A stretch of DNA of 64,000 nt from Mobula hypostoma (Eukaryota). Positions 24,402 to 35,877 of the stretch are shown here, one piece after another (within the stretch, counting starts at the first letter, position 1; each line of letters begins with the position of its first letter). The translations under genes were made by a program, and so were the position numbers. The notes under the pieces are model-generated. The model saw nothing but the letters and a program-made list of their open reading frames with translations, was not told the origin of the DNA and searched no databases. The stretch spans positions 218,862,001-218,926,000 of the forward strand of contig NC_086097.1 in NCBI RefSeq assembly GCF_963921235.1. The letters are read 5' to 3'.

Positions 24402-26639
24402 TTGGTATTAAGACAATTATCTTCATAGGGGATGTCATATCTGAAGAGGGAGTGAAGATTGAACCAAGAAAGGAGTCAGCTATTGAAAACATGGAGAGGT
24501 CCGAAAACAAAGAACAAGTGAGATGTTTGGATTTGGTCTCACAAGTAAAAAAGGTGGTTCTAGATGCTGAAAAGAGTCTTAACTGAAGAGCCTGTGCTGA
24601 AGATTTATGATCTGGAGAATTGTACTAAGATTTTGGCTGATGCATTTTGGTATGGCCTTGGAGCAGTACTGCAGCAACATGATGACATGGCAACCTGTGG
24701 CCTATGCATCAAGGGTTTTAACAAGTGCAGAAGCCAACTATGTTCAGATAGTGAAAGAGCTTCTCGCTAGCACATAAACATGTAAAAGATTCCTCACTAC
24801 GTATACGGACAAGCTTTTGAAGTCGAGACAGACCATACACCACTGGACTGAATGACTGTCCCATGAGGATACAGTGCATGTTGATAAGGCTGCAGAAATA
24901 TGATGTGAAGATGGCCTACACACCGGGAAAATTTTTTTCATTCCTGATGCGCTGTTGAACAGTTGACGAGAAAGAAAAGATTGACTAAGAGATTGATGAA
25001 GATATACAAGCCTATGTAGACATTTTTGTCATCTCCCTTCCAGTAGCTCCTGATAGAACAGAGCAGATTAGGAAAGCAGCGGGGTCAGATGAAACAATGA
25101 AGGAACCCAAAGATGCAATGCAGAAAGGATGGCCAGCAGCTAAAAATAACTGTCCAATGTGTATTTGAGATTATTGGGCATGTAGAGCTGAACTGTCAGT
25201 AGTGAAAGATATGGTCTTCAAAAGAATGCAGGTTTGTGATCCCTGTGTTGCTACGCAAGGAAGTGCTCCAAAGATACACAAAGGGTATGTTGGTGAGGAA
25301 AAATATAAACATTGAGCTCATGAAGTGATGTACTGGCCAAGAATGAACCAAGACATCAGCCAGACCATTGCTTCATGTGAAATATGCCTGACCTACAAAC
25401 CACAGTAGCAAGCAGAACTGCGTACACCACACCCTTTACCCAACAGGCCGTACTTCAGAATTGGGGTGGATTTGTTTGAACGTAATGGGAAGAGTCACAT
25501 TGTTGAAACAGACTACTTTTCTAATTACCCAGAGGTTTCAACACTGCAATCAACATCCAGCAAAATGGTCATCATCTTCTTAAAAACTGTGTTTGCAAGG
25601 CATGGAGTTCCATGTGAGGTAGTATCAGACAATGGTCCACAATTTTCTAGTGGTGAATTTGAGTCCTTTGCCAGTGATTGGGAGTTTTGACATATAACTA
25701 CAAGTCCACATCACCCAAAATCTAATCGCCTAGCAGCATTCAGTCAAAGTAACGAAGGGCCTCATGAAGAAAGTGCAAGATGGACAAGAGGATTTCTACA
25801 GACATCTAATGATTTACAGAAGTACACCACTGCAGAATGGCTTTTTACCAGCCCAAATACTGATGGATCGATGTATACGCGTTAACTTTCCAATAGGCAA
25901 AAACCTGTTGACACCTAAAGGAGCACACAAGGTCAAATCAGCTACAGTGAAAGGGAAAGAAAAACAGATGCAAGACTGCTAAAAGCCTACCAGTCCTAAA
26001 ACCTGGAGATCAATTGTGAGTCCGGGATCACGAGTCCGGCAGATGGTCCATGCAAGGATATGTGCAAGAGGAAGTAGCTCCACATTCCTACCTGATCCAG
26101 GCAGAGTGAGGGCCACCTCAGAGAAGGATCTGTATGGATCTATGACCACACGCTCCAACCTATAGCTGTGATGTGTCACCTGTCAGTACATTGAAGGGGC
26201 CAGCATATGAAAGAAATGAACATATTGATCAGAATTCTCAGAAAGAAATCAATATTAACACAGCAAATGCAAGCAATACACCAGTAGAAACAATAGCAGG
26301 ACATAACGTACCACTAAACCACCTCAGAGAGTGATTGACAGTTGATGAGTGGATAAGGGACTGTAATTGCTCATTACAATTGAAGTTGAAATGTTGAGTA
26401 GTTGAAAATTGGAGATGGACTACGGAATATAGATAATTTTGTTGGAAAGAATTATTGTTCCTTGCAGGTTTATGAGGACATACTATTGTGTGTTGTTTCT
26501 CTTCCAAGGGGTGAAGTTGTGTTAATATATGTCATTATTAAAGAACTTCAGTTTCCAGTGGTCAATGCAAGGGGTTCACCTGTAACTGAAAGCCATAATG
26601 TTGACCGGGTTGTGTAGTAGTAGAGTAATAAAATTGTTG

Positions 26640-26836
26640 CTGTTCCTTTTTGCTCCTTGTGGTGCATTGGGAAGAATTTTTTTTACCATTTCCTTAGTAC
26701 TTATCTTTTTTATGAGGCCGAGCTGCTATCTCAGTACTCAACCTAGCATGGATGGGAAGTGTGGACAGAGCCGAGGGGATTCGAACCCGGGGCCATTGGC
26801 CTTGAAGTCCCCGATGATGCCACTACACCATCAGCC
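26640..26836 (-). mobile_element. tRNA-derived SINE
   Basis: Minus strand: A-box TGGTGTAGTGG, B-box GGTTCGAATCC. Body is homologous to 38574-38790. Confidence 0.8.
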
Positions 26837-26869
26837 AGCTAATTCAGAAATAAACCCACGCCAAGTTTG

Positions 26870-27300
26870 TCTACATATCAGGTAGTATCTGGGATGATTT
26901 CCCCTACCTGCTTCTTTGTCCTGGACACACAGAAGTTTTCAGTGATGGTAGACAGTGACTTTTCAGCTGACCTGATATTTTGCTCTAGTTTTTGCATATT
27001 GTTAAAGGATGCTGCACCAAACCTGATAATAATGGCTGATGTGAGGATGCTGTCCATGATGGCTGTGTAGAATTGTACCAATATATTCTTGGGATGTTGG
27101 AGTTTTACCAATCGCCACAATTAATACATCCTTTGTTGAGCTTTTTTGTTAGTGAAGTAGATGCAGTTCTCTCACATGAGGTCTTGCAAAATAACGATGT
27201 CCAAGACGGGAAACAATCATTTGGGAAAATGTTGGTGTTGAGGATCAGCCATGGTGGAACAGACCCAATAGGCTGTAAAGGCTGATCCTCTAACAATTTC
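26870..27300 (-). mobile_element. Rex1/Babar-type LINE fragment
   Basis: ILVQFYTAIMDSILTSAIIIRFG...QKLEQNIRSAEK. Confidence 0.65.
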
Positions 27301-28203
27301 ATTTGCTCTTTTCACATAACAATGTCAGGCAGAGACCATAAAAGGGATTTAGACAAACACGTGAACAGGCAGGAGATGGATCGCTATAGACCATATACAA
27401 ACAGATGGGATGAATATAAATTGGTATTATGAGTAGCACAAACATCATGCACCTAAGGCCCTGTTTCTTTGCTGTAATGCTCTGTGTTCTATATCTATGT
27501 TTTTGTCATAGAAGATTGACATATTAAAGAACCCAAGTACTGATTTGAAAAATAGGCTTTTTTTTTCAGTCCCAATTCATTATTTGTGCTGACAAAATGC
27601 TGACATGCTTACATGCACTAACAAACAGTGAACACAAACAGAGTACTTACTTATTTTCACTGGCTCGGCATTACCAGGTAATATTATTTGGATACGCCAA
27701 TGGCCCAGATCAGAATGTCTCACCAATCAGAGGGATATACAAAGTTAAGTTGTTTCAAGGGATTATTTCGCTTGATTTATTTTTACATGTAAATATCACA
27801 GAAATTGTTCCCTTACTGTGAAGAAATTAGAAAGATGAATAAACTGAAAGCCATAATGTTGGTTAACACACGTGGGACATATTGCTTCAGTTAAAACCAA
27901 ATACAGAGCATTTTCATTATTAAGAAATGATTCTACTGTGCCTTTACTTTTCCCAGCTTTAAGCTCATAAGTGAACAATTACTTCCTTTAAATGATGTAG
28001 TGGGGGGATGGTTCTAATCAATGCTGGAGAGAACTCTGAAGCAATACAAAAAGCCATTAATAAATTTGGTTTGTAGTAGGAAATGAATTTTAAAGTAGAT
28101 TTGAAGGAAATGTTACATTTTGTGGGTGGAATGAGGAGAGCACATAGACTCTGGAAACTAATTCTAGATTGATTAGAGGGTGAAAGCATCCAGGGAATTC
28201 AGA

Positions 28204-29784
28204 AACACAGGTGTCCCCCTCTTTTCGAATGTTCGCTTTACGAAACCTCACTGTTACGAAAGACCTACATTAGTACCCTGTTTTCGCTTTCAGGAAGGTG
28301 TTTTCACTGTTACGAAAAAAATTCAGCGCGCGATAAAAAGCAGCGCGCGCCCCGAGCAGCTGCTCTCCCCGGATTCGTAACGGCATTCTCGCCAGCATTG
28401 CTTTAACACGAGCCTGTGAGCAGTCGTTTGCAAGATGAGTTCTATGGTGTCAAAAAGCCTGAAAGAGCTCGTAAGGGTGTTACACTTAGCGTAGATCTAG
28501 ACATAATTAAGCGTTTCGATCGTGGTGAGCGAAGCAAGGACAAAGTGAGTTTGGCTTGTGGAAGCTGACGAAGATGATGTTGAAGAAGTTTTGGCATCCT
28601 ATGACCAAGAACTGATAGATGAAGAGCTGATGCAATTGGAAGAGGAAAGGATATCAATCGAAACTGAGTGAGTAATGATAAAGTACGACTTTAATTTTGA
28701 AAGGGAACGTAGATTTAAGGGATATTTGCAAGATTCTTTGAGTCCTTACAAAGAACTGTATGATAGAAAAATGCACGAGGCTCAGCAGTCAAGCAAGCCT
28801 TCCACATCAGCCACAGCAGACGATGAACCTCGACCTTCAACATCGAGGCAGGCAGTCATAGGAGAAGATGAAATGCCTGCTCTAATGGAAACAGACGACG
28901 AGATGACACCCCAGTGTCCCACCACCCCAACACCCAGGCCACAGACAGATACTGTACCGATTCGTGGAGAATGCAGCAGTAGCCGGGAGGCACACAGCAC
29001 ATCTTTAAGAAAAAAGCCGAAATAAACATGCTAATTAATTAGGTGCCGCCCCACACGTAATTGTCGGCCCAGATCAGAGGCGTATCGGTTGGTGGTCCGA
29101 AGGGTGGGGGCCACTGCACCACCCAACCTGCGATGACTCAGCCTAACACACCATCATCAGTGTGCTCTGTGCTGTCCCGATTCCGGTAAGTGATACTACA
29201 CTGTACATACATTATTTCTACCTTATATCGGCTGTGTATTTTTACATGTTATTTGGTATGATTTGGCAGCTTCATAGCTTAAAGGTTACTGGAGAGCGCT
29301 TGCGCCGTGTTTTTGCCAGCAGCGCTTGCGTGAGATTTTCTGCCGACGGCACACGTGAGATTTTCGCTACGGAGGACAGTTCAGTAATGATTGTGGAAAA
29401 GTATTTCTACTTTATATAGGCTGTGTATTTATCATATCATTCCTGCTTTTACTATATGTTACTGTTATTTTAGGTTTTATGTGTTATTTGGCATGATTTG
29501 GTAGGTTATTCTTGGGTCTGGGAACGCTCACAAAATTTTCCCCTATAAATAAATGGTAATTGCTTCTTCGCTTTACGACATTTCGGCTTATGAACCGTTT
29601 CATAGGAACGCTCTACCTTCGGATGGCAGGGGAAACCTGTACAAGAGATTCTGCAGATGCTGGAAATACAGAGTAATACACCAGTTCTGACGAAAGGTCT
29701 CAACCCAAAAGGTCTCGACTGTTTGTTACTTTCCATGGATGCTGCCTGATCTGCTCAGTTCATTCAGCATTTTGTGTGTGTGAC
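28204..29784. mobile_element. Hammerhead-tail palindromic insertion (15-bp TSD) interrupted by a Tigger element
   Basis: TCCAGGGAATTCAGA at 28189-28203 and 29785-29799. Removing 28208-29639 rejoins aa[ta]caagagattctgcagatgctgg (minus tail) with a plus arm bearing CTGACGA at ~29686. Confidence 0.8.
28208..29639 (+). mobile_element. Internally deleted Tigger/pogo DNA transposon, copy 1
   Basis: TIRs CAGGTGTCCCC / GGGGAAACCTG, TA on the right (CA on the left). N-terminal HTH remnant (KRARKGVTLSV.LDIIKRFDRGE) joined to an acidic C-terminus; no DDD domain seen. Confidence 0.88.
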
Positions 29785-30039
29785 TCCAGGGAATTCAGAT
29801 ACACTTTGCATATCAAACCCGTAAAATTGCAAGAAAGCACTGAGTTCATTTGCCAGAAGAAAGTGAAAAGCAAAGAATTTATGTTAAGTTTGGTAAGACG
29901 ACACTTTGAGCACAGGTTTCAGTTTCATCATTTTTTTATAAAATTTACTGGAGAAAGAGAAAAAATGATTCACAAGGTTGATTTCCAGCTGTTTGTGTTG
30001 TAAATTACATGTAAAATGTCAAGAAAGCACAAGATAAAA

Positions 30040-30270
30040 TTTGTAGCAAAAAAAAACAGTGTGCGTCAGGCAGTATCTGTGGAAACAGAAAGGTGGTTGA
30101 TTCTTTAGCTCAAGACCTTGCATCAGGACTGAAATGAGTTAGCCAATATAAAAAGATGATAGGGAGGGATAAAGAAGGCACTTGCAGGTGATAGGTTGAA
30201 CCAGGTGAGGAGGGTGAAGGAGAGGTATGATTGGTAGATGGAGACAATTGGGAGAGGGGAAAATGAGCTT
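30040..30270 (-). mobile_element. Old Penelope-like 3' end (continues at 39520-40120 beyond CR1 insertion)
   Basis: caggcagtatctgtgga...gaccttgcatcaggactg (decayed core), then purine-rich 3' UTR. Confidence 0.6.
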
Positions 30271-32523
30271 TGACCAGTGGACAATCCAGACATCAGAAAT
30301 TTTGAGAGTAGGGGACTTCAATCAGTTCCACTGCCCGAGGATAAAAGGCAGCAGTGAAAAAGAGCTTTGACCAGCGACCAATCAGCATTTGGGATTGATT
30401 AGCAAGAGAATATTGAAGGAAGGTAGGAGCATGCAGCAGCCATTGTCGGAGCGTCTTCTGTCTGAGTGGATCTTGTGGCTTTAGCTCTTCAAGGCTTCAG
30501 TCAGAGAAAGCGAGGAAAAGTAAAGATCAAGTTTTTTTCATTCTCTTCCTTATATCTGCTCAGCTAGGAAAACAGGGATGACAAGCAAGATAGTTGAACG
30601 CTCCTCTTGTGGGATGTGGGAAGGCAGGGAGGCCTCCAGTGTCCCTGATGACTACAACTGTGAGAAGTGCATCCTGCTGCAGCTTCTAACAAACCACGTT
30701 AAGGATTTGGAGCTGGTACTGGATGAACTCCTGATTGTTTGGGACGCTGAAGGGGTGATAGATAGGACATATAGAGAGGTGGTTACACCCAAGGTGCAGG
30801 ACACAGGAAACTGTGTGACAGTCAGGAAGAGGAAGGGGGTTAAGGAGCTGGTGCAGAGTACCCCTGTGGCCACCCCCCTCAACAACAGTTTGGATACTGT
30901 TGAGGGGGATAACCAAACAGAGGAAAGTTGTAATGGTCAAGTCTCTGGCACTGAGTCTGCCTCTGTGACTCAGAAGGGAAGGGAGAAGAAGAGACATGCT
31001 GTGGTGATAGGGGATTTGACAGGGGAATGGGCTGGAGGTTCTGTGGATGAGAACAAGATTCCTGAATGGTATGTTGCCTCCCGGATGCCAGAGTCTGAGA
31101 TCCCGAGTATGGAGTCCTCAGTATTCTTAATTAGGAGGGTGAGCAGCCAGAAGACGTGGTCCATGTAGGTACGAAGCATATGGGTAGGACAAGTGAGAAG
31201 GTTCTGCACAGGGAGTTCAGGGAGTTAGGTGCTAAGTTAAAGGCCAGGACCTCCAGAGTTGTGATCTCAGGATTGCTACCCATGCCACGTGCTTGTGATG
31301 TGAGAACCAGGAAGATTATACAGTTTAATACGTGGCTAAAGAGTTAGCGTAGGAGGAAGTGCATAAAAATTTTGGATCATTGGGGTCTCTTCCAGGGAAG
31401 GTGGGGCGTGTACAGAAGGGACAGTTTGCACCTGAACTGGAAGGGGACTAATATCTTAGCAGAAGGTTTGTTAATGTTGCACGGTGGGGTTTAAACTAGA
31501 GTTGCAGGGGGATGGGAACCAGAGTGCCAGAACAGTTCGTGGAGAGGTGTGGAGGCAGATGCTGGTAAAACCTCATACAAAGTTTGGAATCAGAAGGTTG
31601 AATGTGGTGTGACTAGTGTCCTGAGCTGCCTATCTTTCAATGCAAGAAGTACGTAGGAAAGGTATGAAAGAATTGTGCTGAAGATGAGGTAGCTGGTTTA
31701 CAAACAGAGGCAATGTGTAGTGAGGAGAGGCAGTTGATAGGGTAAAATTGGGGTCAACAGGATGAGTTGGAGTGTATTAGGTGGACAAAATTGTAAAGGT
31801 TACGTACAGAACTGAGGGTATTTTATTTGGATGCACGCAGTATATGGATTAAGGTAGATGAACTTGCAGCACAGTTGCGGATTGGAAGGTACAATGTTGT
31901 AGGCATCACTGAATCATGGCTGAAAAAAGATTATAGCTGGAAGCTTAATGTTCAAGGATACACATTGTATTGGAAGAACAGACAGCAAGGTGGGGGTAGC
32001 GTTGCTCTGCTGGTAAAAAATGAAATCAAATCATTAGAAAGAAGTGATATTAGGTCAGAAGGTGTTGAATCATTGTAAGGAATTGCAAAGGTAAAAAGAC
32101 CATGATAGGAGATGTATACAGACCCCCAAACAGCAGTAAGGATGTGGCCTACAAATTGCAATGGGAAATGGAAAATGCATGCCCAAATGGGCAATATTGC
32201 AATAGTACAGGAGGATTTCAATGTGCAGGTAGATTGGAAAAATCAGGTTGGTGCTGGATTCCAAAAGCAGGAACTTCTAGAGTGCCTCTACGAGATGTCC
32301 TTTTAGAGCAGCTTGTGGTTGAGCCCACTAGAGGATCAGCTGTTCTGGATTGGAAGCTGTGCAATGAACCAGAATTGAATAGAGAGCTTAAGGAAAAAGA
32401 GCCCTTTGGGGAAAGTAGTCATAATATGATAGAATTCACCCTAAAATTTGAGAAGGAGAAGCTGAGGTCATATGTATCAGTATTACAAAGGTCTTATGGT
32501 CTGAAGGGAATTACAGAGGCATG

Positions 32524-34378
32524 AGACCATAAGACATAGGAGCAGAATTAGGCCATTTGGCTTATTGAATCTACTCTACCATTCAATCATGGCTGATCTC
32601 TTTTTCCTCTCCTCAGCCCCACTCCTAGGCCTTCTCCCCGTAATCTTTGATGCCATGTCCAATCACGAACCTATCATTCTCTGTCTTAAATATACCCAAA
32701 GACCTGGCCTTCACAGCTGCCTGTTGTAACAAATTTCACAAATTCACCACCCTCTGGCTAAAGAAATTTCTCTGCATTTATGTTTTAAATGGACACCCCT
32801 CTATCCTGAAGCTATGCCCTCTTGTCTTATGGGAAACATCCTTTCCACATCTACTCTGTCTAGGCCTTTCAACATTCAAAAGGTTTCAATGAGAATACCC
32901 CTCATCCTTCTAAACACCAGCGAGTACAGACCCAGAGCCATCAAACATTCCTCGTATGATAACTTTCCTTCCCAGAATCATCCTTGTGAACCTCCTCTCA
33001 ACCCTCTCCAATGCCAGCACATCTTAGATGAAGAGCCTAAAATTGTTCACAATACTTAAGGTGAGGCCTCACCAGTGCCTTCAGCATTACATCCCTGCTC
33101 TTGTATTCTCGACCTCTTAATATGAATGCTAACATTGCATTTGCCTTCCTCACCACTGACTCAACCTGCAAATTAACCTTAATGGTGTTCTGCACAAGGA
33201 CTCCCAAGTCCCTTTGCATCTCAGATCTTTGGATTTTCTCCCCATTTAGAAACTAGACTGCACATTTATTTCTTCTACCAAAGTGCATGACCATGTATTT
33301 TCCAACATTGTATTTCATTTGCCATTTTCTTGCCCATTCTCCTAATCTGGACATTCAGTTCCTAACTACAACCATCCTTCAGCCATGATACAGTGATGGC
33401 CACAACATCATACTTGACAATCTGTAATAGTGCAACAAGATCATTCACCTTATTTCTTTTATTCTGTGCATTGAGATATAACACTCTGAGTTCTGTATTT
33501 GCTACCCTTTTTGATTCTACATCCCTAATGTACTGATATTCAGACTGCTGGCTGCAATTTTGTCCAATCATCTGTCTGCCCTTCCTAACAATCTGACTGG
33601 AAGCTACCTTCACTTTTTCACTATCCATCCTATCCTGAGTCCCTTCACTCCAGTTCCCAAACCCCTGCTAAATTAGTTTAAACCCTCCCCTACAGCTGGA
33701 ACAAACCAGCCCATGAGAATATTGGTCCCCCTTGGGTTAAGGTGCAATCTGCCACTTTTGTACAGGTCATATCTTCCCCAGGAGAGATCCCAATGATCAA
33801 AGAACATGAAGCCTTGCCCCCTGCACCAGCTTCTCAGCCATGCCTTCACTGGCACGTGGCACAAGTAATTATACAGAAATTATTACCCTGGAGCTCCTGC
33901 TTCTCAAGATTCTGCCCAGTTCTCTAAATTCTCTCTTCAGGACCTCTTTGCTTTTCCTTCCAATGTCATTGGTACCAATAAGTACCAAGACATCTGGCTG
34001 CTCTCCCTCCCCCCCAAATGCTGTGGACACAAACTGAGACGTCCCTTCCTGTGAGGTGACATACCATTCGGATGTCCTGTTCATGTCCACAGAACGTCTT
34101 GCCTGTTTTTCTGACTATTGAGTCCTCTATCACCACTACTCCCCTCTTTTCCTTCTTTCCCTTCTGCACCACGGACCTATGCTCAGTGCCAATAACCTGT
34201 TTTCCATGGTCAGTAACCTGGTCACAGTATCCAAAAGGGTATACTTATTATTGAGGAAAATGGCCACAGGGTGCTCTGCACTGACTACCTATCCACATTT
34301 CCATTTCTCTCGACAGTCACCCAGCTGCTCGTCTCACGCAACTTAGAGGTGACAACTTCTTTGTAACTCTGATTGATT
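32524..34378 (-). mobile_element. Nested CR1 with most of ORF2 missing
   Basis: 3' end/RT C-terminus (32524-33350) abuts the endonuclease N-terminus and ORF1 esterase (LRVLYLNA; PDVLVLIGTNDIG; LHLNPRG). Confidence 0.85.
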
Positions 34379-35877
34379 ATTGAGAGAGGAGCTGGCCAGA
34401 ATTGATTGGAAAAGAACACTGGCAGGGATGACAGCAGAGCGGTATTGGTGGAATTTTGGGAAGCAATTCAGAAAGTACAGGATATATACATCTCAAAGAA
34501 GAAGAAGTATTCTAAAGGCAAGATGACACAACCATGGCTAACCAGAGGTGTGAAAGCCAACATAAAAGCCAGAGAGAGGGCATGTATTACAGCAAAAATT
34601 AGTGGTAAGTTAGAAGATTGGGAATCTTTTAAAAATCAACTGAAGGCAACTGAAAGGTCATTCAGAAGTTGAAGATCAAATACAAAAGTAAGCTAGCCAA
34701 TAATATTAAAAAGGATATCAAAAAAAATTCTTCAGATACATGAAGTGTTAAAGAGAGGGGAGAGTGGATATTGGACTGTTGGAAAGCGATGCTGAAGAGG
34801 TAATATTTGGGGACAATGAAATGGTGGATGAACTGAATATGTTTTTTGCGTAAGTCTTCATGGTGGAAAACAGTAGCAGTATGGTGGAAGTTCCTGGTGT
34901 CATGGGTTATGAAGTGTGTGAGGTTACCATATCTAGAGAGAAGATTCTTGGGAAACAGAAAGGTTTAAAGGTAGATAAGTCACCTGGACCAGATGGTGTA
35001 CACGACAGATTTCTGAAAGAGGTGGCTGAAGAGATCGTGGAGGCATTAGTAATGATCTTTCAAGAACCACTAAATTCTGAATGCTTCTGGAAGACTGGAC
35101 AATTGCAAATGTCACTCCACTCTTCAATAAGGAGAGAGGCAGAAGAAAGGAAACTGTAGGCCAGTTAGTCTGACCTCAGTGGTTGGGAAGATGTTGGAGT
35201 CAATTATTAAGGATGAGGTCTCAGGGTACTTGGAGGCAAATTATAAAGCAGGCCGTTGTCAGCATGGTTTCCTCAAGGGAAAATCTTGCCTGACAAATAT
35301 GTTGGAATTCTTTGAAGAAATAAGAAGCAGGATAGACAAAGGAGAATTGGTTGATGTTGTGTACTTGGATTTTCAGAAGGCCTTTGACAAGGTGGCCAAA
35401 CATGAGGCTGCTTAAAAAGCCCATGGTATTATAGGAAACATTCTAGCATGGATAAAGCAATGGCTGATTGTAGGAGGAAACAAGTGGGAATAAAAAGAGT
35501 CTTTTCTGGCTGGCAGCCAGTAAATGGTGGTGTTCCATAAGGGGCTGTGAGGCGACTGATTATTTTTAAGTTATCTGTCAATGGTTTGGATGATGGAATT
35601 AATGGCTTTGTTCCAAACGTTACAGACAATATGAAGATAGGTGGAGGGACAGGTAGTTTTGAGGAATTAGGGAGGCTACAAAGGGACTGAATCGGATTAG
35701 GAGAATGGGCAAAGAAATTGCAGAGGGAATACAGTGTTGGGAAGTGTATGGTTATGCACTTTGATAGAAGAAGTGAAAGGGTTGACTATTTTCTAAATGG
35801 AGAGAAAATACAAAAAACGGAGGTGGGAGTCGTTGTGCAGGATTCTCTAAAGGTTAATTTGCAAGTTAATGTTCTGT

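Larger units (their letters stand above)
22527..26640 (+). mobile_element. Second decayed Gypsy LTR retrotransposon
   Basis: Gag LVRDRIVCGI, CPAYGKSCNNCGKKNHFAKCC; RT WVNSLVIVQKKNGALWTCLDPRDLN; integrase FARHGVPCEVVSDNGPQFSS. Partial direct repeat (taaagaactt...agtggtca...aggggttcacc) at ~22527-22587 and ~26518-26580, the first followed by TGGCACCAGA. Boundaries approximate. Confidence 0.85.

Noticed and set aside
26765..26836. tRNA gene (also 38574-38645)
   Set aside because: A/B boxes are present but run on into a shared SINE body; the second copy has a TSD and no proper acceptor stem.
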